DNA of 16,500 nucleotides, taken from Ginkgo biloba (lineage: Eukaryota; Plantae; Ginkgophyta). Under the pieces are notes generated by a model. The model did no database searches and had not been told where the DNA came from. It saw only the letters and a list, made by a program, of their open reading frames with translations. The stretch lies in the NCBI GenBank assembly GCA_024626585.2, contig JANKJI020000002.1, positions 116,866,219 through 116,882,718 on the forward strand, given 5' to 3'. Below, piece by piece: positions 10,096 through 16,500 of the stretch (positions are counted from its first letter, which is position 1; every line of letters begins with the position of its first letter). The position numbers and the translations under genes were made by a program.

Positions 10096-10835
10096 TATCT
10101 TCTTTAACAACTCGAAACTCCGTTGAGTTACGCTCGTCCACATGAATGTATTCCCCCTAACGCAATCTGTCATAGGTGTTGCTATCACACTAAAGTTCTT
10201 GATGAACTTCCGATAGAAGCTTGCTAACCCATAAAATCTTCTCACCTTTGTAACGCTCCTAGGTACTGGCCATTCCAAAACTGCTTGGATCTTATCGGGA
10301 TCCACCCTCAACCCTTCTTGGGAAACTACGACACCCAAGTATACCAAGCTCCTTTGGAAGAAACTGCATTTCTCCATATTTTCATACAATCTCTCCTTAC
10401 GAAGTATGTCAAATACTTGTCTCAAATGAGTGAGGTGCTCCTCCTCCAACCTACTATACACCAAAATATCATCCAAGTAAACAATTACACGCTTACCAAT
10501 GAGTGGTTTAAAACCATGTTCATCAATCACATGAATGTGCTTGGTGCATTTGACAACCTGAATGACATGACCCTCCATTCGTATAGTCCATCCATCATTT
10601 TGAATGCTATTTTTCACTCATCTCCTTCCTTGATCCTGATTTGGTAATAGCCACTCCTCAGATCTACCTTTGAGAAATATGTTGCACCTGCCAAGCAATC
10701 CATCATATCATCCATGCATGACATAGGGAATCTATACTTGACTGTAATTTTTTTTATGTCTCTTGCATTAATGCATATGTGCCATGTTCCATCACTCTTT
10801 GGTGTCAATAATGATGGATATAAAAATGGAATCAA
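10096..10835 (-). pseudogene. pol: Ty3/gypsy reverse transcriptase (frameshifted)
   Basis: LLTPKSDGTWHICINARDIKKITVKYRFPM..MDDMMDCLAGATYFSKVDLRSGYYQIRIKEGDE*; GLYEW.VM.F.LSNAPSTFM; VIVYLDDILVYS (YLDD at 10468-10479); KCSF...LVYLGVVVSQEGLRVDPDKIQAVLEWPVP...FYGLASFYRKFIKNFS. Confidence 0.95.
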
Positions 10836-11269
10836 TATCTAATGAATGAACCCTTTATTCAATAGCTATTAAAATTGTTAGTTCATCTCCTCATTCTCCT
10901 TGGGAATCAATCTATATGCCAATTGGTTTGATAAACTAGACCCTGGAATCCAATCCATTTGGTGGGAGATGCCCCTATCAGGAAATAAAGCTATTAATAA
11001 TTCCTCCAATATGATGTCTTTATATTATTGTAATAGTCCTATAACTTCTATCGATGCCAGCTTTGGCTATCCTTCATCCACCTTATTTTCCACTAATGCA
11101 TAAAATATAATAATTTCTTGAAAACTCTATGTAAACCATTTTAGTGATAAATCCACCTGTGTTAGTTATTATTCTCATTGTATCAATAGTATGTAAACCT
11201 CCTCATTTATTTATCTATGGTTTAGGTGTTTCTTCTTTCCTCATTAACTACTTATCAGTCAAATTTCCA

Positions 11270-11545
11270 TAGTCTTCCTAATAATAAGTGATAATAATCC
11301 ATACCACACTTAATTGCAGTAATTTTTGATATGGAATGATACTAGACATATCTCTTTAACGGTTATCTCTCCTCCTTTCTTTAACTAAGAAATATTTTCT
11401 AGTACATCATGTCTCTATTTTGGTAGCCTTAGCTTTTGAACCATCTCCTTTGACACCATATTTTTATAACTACCCATATCAATTATTCCCTTATAACCCT
11501 TACCTCTAGATATGCATCTCATCCTAAAAATCATTTCTTTGTTTC
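11270..11545 (-). pseudogene. pol: Retroviral-type aspartic protease of element 'B' (degenerate)
   Basis: MIFRMRCISRGKGYKGIIDMGSYKNMVSKEMVQKLRL matches the LFxTRCxxxGKVCxxIIDSGSxxNxVSxEMVxKLxL protease pattern. The catalytic D(S/T)G has decayed to DMG at ~11472-11480. Confidence 0.75.
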
Positions 11546-12324
11546 CATTTTATTTATCTAATCTTATTTTTTGGGGTTATAGCTTCTATTAGTGGTCAGT
11601 CTATTTTATCTATTGGATAATAAGTGTCAACCATTTGTCATCTTACTGCTAGCTTTATTTATCATTAGCATATTTTAGTGGTTGGCCTACTACTCCCTTT
11701 TCTTGTGGACATTCCTTGATCACTTAGTGTAATATTCTCTGATATGATCATACTCATCATCGATTTAATTTCTTCCATCCTTTAGTTATTTATTGGTCTA
11801 TTATATCTGTTTTCTAACTACCTTATATCCTTTTCCATCCAGATCCTTGACAACCTTAGTTGACCCATCAAATTACTTTGTCAATCACTTAACTTTATTA
11901 ATCTAAATTCTAATAGTTTTGTAGTTTCCATTAGGATCTCTAACTTCTCTATCACTACCTTCTCTTTCTTCTATTTTTTCATGGGCTAAATTCGCTCTTG
12001 GATCTTCCTTCTTTCTTTTGCCATTAACTCTCTTTTAACACTTGAAAATTTAGTGGCCCTCCATGTCACCCCTATAATAAATCATTAGTATTCTTAATGC
12101 ATAACTTCCTCTACTAATTTATCCTCTTTGTAAAAAAATCTCACTCTAACCCCTCATTTGTTGAGTGAAATTTTATCCTCTAGGTCTCATTAATAGGTCA
12201 TGCAAGTGCCCTACTATTTTTTCATTCGTAAAACTACTCTCTTCACTCAACATCCTAATTATTTATCTCTATGTTTAGAATGAGGATTTTATCCCATATC
12301 CATGGGTATTTTCCTCATTCTTCT

Positions 12325-12835
12325 AGATAACTTATCTTTGGCCTTTAATGCCAACTAGTATGCTTCTTCCACTGACTTTATTCGATGCATGGATATCTCA
12401 TCTTGGATGAGGATATTCAAACCATTCATATATATTTCCATCAATTACTCTTAATATTCATCTAGTCCACTTTTAATGGATAACCTATAGAAGTCACCAT
12501 TGTACCCTTATACACTCTTATCTCTCTGCCTCAAGTTCTAGAATTCCTTAAATAACCTCTATCCATAATTTATAGGTAGATTTTTTCCCTTGATCTTTTC
12601 TACCATCTCCTTCCATTCATGAATATTCTCCTTTCCTTTCCTTAACCTCTCCTTATATAGGTTATCCAATCATAGAGATGCATTTCCCTTCAATTTAGAG
12701 CATGCACATTTCACCTTCTTAGAGTCTTCTATCTCCTCCTAATAAAAGTATTTCACCATAGGTCCTACCCAATCCCATAAATCTTATGACTTCAAGATCC
12801 CTCCATAGCCTATAGGTTCTATTTTTTATCCATAT
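12325..12835 (-). pseudogene. gag: Retrotransposon gag core of element 'B' (many in-frame stops)
   Basis: IKIEPIGYGG..K..DLWDWVGPMVKYFY*EEIEDSKKVKCACSKLKGNASL*LDNL..ERLRKGKENIHEWKEMVEKIKGK.LP.NY..RLF..F*NLRQ..KSV*.Y..DFYRL.....YMNGL...IQDEISMHRIKSVEEAY*LALKA. Confidence 0.88.
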
Positions 12836-13218
12836 TTCTTGGTCTTCAATAACCCTGCTAATAATGCGTCTAGGTCTTCTAGCCTTTGTTCTTCTTTTTC
12901 TTCTTCCACTTCCTTTGATTCTAATTCATAATTACTTTTGATTCTACATATTTGATTCTCAATCTATTGGTCTTAAATTTTTCTCCTTAAGGATTCAACA
13001 TCCCTCTTAGTTGTGACTCCTACTTCTCTAGATACTCTTAGTTCCATTCTTTAACTCCTTACTGTAATCAACAATTTTCTCGAGAATTATTTTCCTTTCC
13101 TCAATAAATCTTTAATGANNNNNNNNNNNNNNNNNNNNNNNNNNNNNNNNNNNNNNNNNNNNNNNNNNNNNNNNNNNNNNNNNNNNNNNNNNNNNNNNNN
13201 NNNNNNNNNNNNNNNNNN

Positions 13219-13367
13219 GGTTCCTTTCCCTCCGATTCCGACTCATCGTCAACTTTGGGTCTTCATCTTCGTCTCTGCAACGCATATTCCATCTCTTCAA
13301 CTCATCTTATTAAAGCTTCGACCGTCTGATTGACAGTTCTACCTCCTCTGGCCATTCTAGGTACCAT
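13219..13367 (-). pseudogene. gag: Probable gag N-terminus of the element primed at 13650-13661
   Basis: An ATG at 13367, ~280 nt downstream of the PBS, gives MVPRMARGGRTVNQTVEALIR*VEEMEYALQRRR. This basic start followed by a coiled-coil-like segment is typical of Ty3 gag. It runs into a 100-N gap. Confidence 0.5.
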
Positions 13368-13649
13368 TCCCGATCTTTTGTTGTCACCAACACGATCTTC
13401 AAGCTTCAACTAGCTCTCGCCTTCAACCACATCTATTTCAACAATGCAACTCCTAATGTCAGATGGCGGTATCAAGCTACTTCTACCGACACCTTCGTTC
13501 TACTATGGGATGATACTCTCCAACGAGAAACTGAGCTCTGACACCATATGATGGTATCAGACGGCTAATGAGCAACTTGGCTCTGACACTAGAGCCATCA
13601 CCTCCGTCAACGTCTTGGCTCTGCGACACTTCTAAATGAGCTTTTTCTA

Positions 13650-13661
13650 GCTCTGATACCA
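13650..13661 (-). promoter_or_regulatory. Primer-binding site complementary to the 3' end of tRNA-iMet
   Basis: The minus strand reads ...TGCATCA-TT-TGGTATCAGAGC, a canonical plant iMet PBS 2 nt after the LTR end. Confidence 0.95.
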
Positions 13662-13663
13662 AA

Positions 13664-14814
13664 TGATGCAGCAAGTCGGTTACTTCGTCACATCGGCGAC
13701 GCTGCGTAGCCCTATCAGAGGGTTGACCACCTTTTCCTTGGAGCTAACGGTGCATTGGTTATCATTCAACCAACGCCCATCACCAGTCGCCTCCAAGATC
13801 TCAACAAACTGACTCACCGAACCTTGAAGGCGAACTCCCCTCGGGGCACATGTCATCTATCAACGACGTCGATGCAGAGAGTGCACGTTCAACACCACCG
13901 ATGATACCATTTGCTAAGCTTCATCATCCCCACATTTAGTTGCGTCTGAGATTGGAAACGTCGTCGACGAGCCCTCCACCGACATTGACATCCGCCACTC
14001 TCTACTGAGTGAGACCCCAACTCTTTGTCAACCAACTGTTCCACAAGATTAACACCATGAAAAACACAAAAAGAAACACAACATGCACAGACACAAATAG
14101 GGATGTAAATAACTTAAGTCATTCACTTCATTAGTACCTTAAGACAATACAACGTGGCCCACCGGCCTGTCGAGTGGTTTACATGTAATAGTCCCCTATT
14201 GGGCTTACTCATAGAATATGAGGTTTATCTTCACAGGATATTATTATGTCGGTTCCTGAGCCCAAATACAGATTTTTATTTTGGTTTAGATGGAGTTAGG
14301 GGTGGTGTTGCTTCTCTATCAACGATTCTGCACGATCCATCTAACTTCTTGTCTTCTACCCTTGGCTTCCACAATTGGAGGTTCTGCCAACTTCCTCCCT
14401 TTTCTTAGCTACTTGTTGGGGTGTTGCCTCTCAGTTAGACGGTCTACACTTCCGACCTGTGCTTCCAGGTCCTCTCGTTCCCTTCGATCTTCCTCCTTCT
14501 CTAGGCTGCCTTAATCGGCGATCTACCCAAGTTTCACCTTTAGCCTCCTCCGTCCTTCTTCTTCCTTCTCTTCCTCTGTCCTACCTTCACCGTTCTACTC
14601 TCTTCCCTCTCTTTCTCCTGCTACCTACCTCTTTCTATTTTTGGAGCTTATATGTGCCTTTCAAAGTTTTTAGGTGCCAACAGTCCTAGTTGGTGTGATC
14701 CATTAAAGCTCTCCAACGGCTCTGGCCATTATGGCTAGTTGGTGGTTGTTGCAATGAATACCATCTACCCGCAACATCCATATTCTCCTCTATGTGGTTT
14801 CTCCCTTCGGCCCC
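13664..14814 (-). mobile_element. 5' LTR (visible ~1.15 kb; U3 end lost in gap) of the Ty3/gypsy family
   Basis: Begins TGATGCAG at 13664, adjacent to the PBS. It is colinear and clearly homologous with 3443-~4580 (e.g. gtcattcacttcattagta, ctcatagaatatgaggtttatcttcac, gtgatccattaaagctctccaacggctctggccattatgg) and is truncated by the 100-N gap. Confidence 0.92.
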
Positions 14815-14914
14815 NNNNNNNNNNNNNNNNNNNNNNNNNNNNNNNNNNNNNNNNNNNNNNNNNNNNNNNNNNNNNNNNNNNNNNNNNNNNNNNNNNNNNN
14901 NNNNNNNNNNNNNN

Positions 14915-16146
14915 TAGCAATTGCTTGGGAAACTATTTAGGAAATACATTTGCATACTCTGTAAGCGAAGAGGTCATTACTAAAGGAATCTCTTTCTCCT
15001 TCTTCTCCACTTGATGAGCCTCCCTTAGAAATACCTCGAAGGTTTGGCTATTTGTCTTTCTTGATACTCTTTTCAACTGCACATTTGAAACCAAAGGAAT
15101 TTGATTATTAACTTTATCTCCATACAACTTCAGTTTCTTACCTCTATGGAAGTGCAGAATGTGGTCCCAAGGCAAGATATTGATGTCATATTGTCAAAAC
15201 CACTTTTGCCCCAAAATGGTGTCATACCTTCCAATCTTTATTATGCTAATGTCTAAAAGGTCCTTTTAATCTTGAATCACTATAGGGACCTTAGCGACAA
15301 TGTCTTCCCATGCTTGGGCTTCCTTGTCATATGCTAACTCAACTTCATAGGCATAAGTTGGCTCTTGAGTTTTTAGATTAGCTTGCTTGGAAAAACTCTT
15401 AGAAACAAAATTATGTGTTCATCCATTATCAACCAATATGAGTGCATCGTGTCCATTTATTTTGCCTTTAATCACAAATAATGTCACATCATGAAAATGT
15501 TCAAAGGTTATCAAACTAACTTTTTGCGGAAGTGTCTTGTGAGACTACTTCTCCTTACACACCATTGCAACTACTTTCTAGTCCTACTTGACTTTGTTAT
15601 TTCATTGGAGTGGGGACACCATCACTTCCAGTGGTTTCTTCCAACTACTTAACTCATGGATTTGTCTCTTCTTCATGTTGAGATAACTCATCTCCCTTTA
15701 GCTTCACCTCTTTGCCTTTATCCTAAAATGATTGCCAAGGGAAAAACGTTTTCTGGCCAACCGGATTTTTGCTTGACTTGAAGAACAACTTCTCAACTGA
15801 AGAAGACTTCTTAAGCTAGAATGGCTTCTTGAATGGTTTTGTTTGACTAAATTGCACAACTTCTACTTGCAAAGCACCATTGATTGCTTCTTCCATGGTC
15901 TAGGATCTTGTCACTCCTAAGCTTTGTCAAATGTGAGGCTTTGAACCACAAATGAAGTCATACACCCTATACATCATGGGTGGATTAGATAGTCATATAA
16001 AAAAAGCATCCAACTTGTTGTATTCCTTCACTATGCCTATTTGTTTTGAAACAAGCACCCGACTGTAGGCCTCATGAATATCATTCTATGGTGCATAATT
16101 TTTCAACATCACTTCCTTCATTTTGGACCATGCAGTGATCTACTAC
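14915..16146 (-). mobile_element. Different Ty3/gypsy element 'C': degenerate gag C-terminus, aspartic protease and linker to RT
   Basis: gag remnant FICGSKPHI*Q.L......TMEEAI..A. Protease FVIKGKINGHDALILVDNG*THNFVSK (LIDSGATHNF type, ~15407-15470)...YEVELA...YDTILGQKW. It is followed by L.EYANVFPK*FPKQL, the pre-RT linker. Confidence 0.82.
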
Positions 16147-16500
16147 NNNNNNNNNNNNNNNNNNNNNNNNNNNNNNNNNNNNNNNNNNNNNNNNNNNNNN
16201 NNNNNNNNNNNNNNNNNNNNNNNNNNNNNNNNNNNNNNAACGACATTCAAATAATGTGCAATAGAGTAAAGATTTTCACAATGTAGCCAAGAATAACTCA
16301 GAATGCAGAAACAAAAAGTAGGATGAAGGCTCCCTCCTTAGACATATAGAATGATGCCAAAAGAGTTGCTCAAGCCCATACCAAACTCTATATATGCAAG
16401 AAGAACCAGGCACAACCTCCCACAAAAGAGCTAGGCCTATCCTTGGAGATGCCTATTTCATCAAGAACCATTCTGTCGCATTGAATGACACATCAACACT

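Larger units (their letters stand above)
7423..14814 (-). mobile_element. Composite chromovirus-like (CRM-like) Ty3/gypsy block: LTR-PBS-gag-PR-RT-(RH deleted)-INT-chromo / INT-chromo-PPT-LTR
   Basis: The domain order PR-RT-INT identifies Ty3/gypsy. It has an iMet PBS and a chromodomain-like C-terminus. Two integrase ends show that at least two elements are present. The clade call rests on remembered motif similarity only. Confidence 0.85.

Noticed and set aside
16239-16500. Possible leader/LTR of element C or next host exon
   Set aside because: No PBS, LTR terminus or HBS1-like peptide is visible.

Overview
Eukaryotic, repeat-dense plant DNA from a gapped scaffold with 12 N-runs. Five of these are exactly 100 N, so they are probably of unknown size. 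The retroelement types and the very long TE-filled introns suggest a large-genome seed plant, possibly a gymnosperm (inference). The only host-gene sequence is two + strand internal exons of an HBS1/SKI7-like gene: a RanBP2-type zinc-finger exon (~6718-6879) and a 228-nt phase-symmetric exon (7077-7304) that looks like the SKI7-specific cassette exon. The rest appears to be intronic and filled with degenerate retroelements. These are a Ty3/gypsy gag remnant (1-720), a ~1.7 kb solo-type LTR (3443-5137), a LINE 3' end (5138-5458), a composite chromovirus-like Ty3/gypsy block (7423-14814), and another Ty3/gypsy gag-protease remnant (14915-16146). The composite block contains LTRs, a tRNA-iMet PBS, a PPT, two integrase/chromodomain ends and an RNase H deletion. 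All LTR elements lie antisense to the host gene. I cannot demonstrate a wholly new biological system here. The most unusual signal is a cluster of PBS-like repeats, with a tRNA-iMet-3'-end mimic hairpin, just downstream of the PBS.
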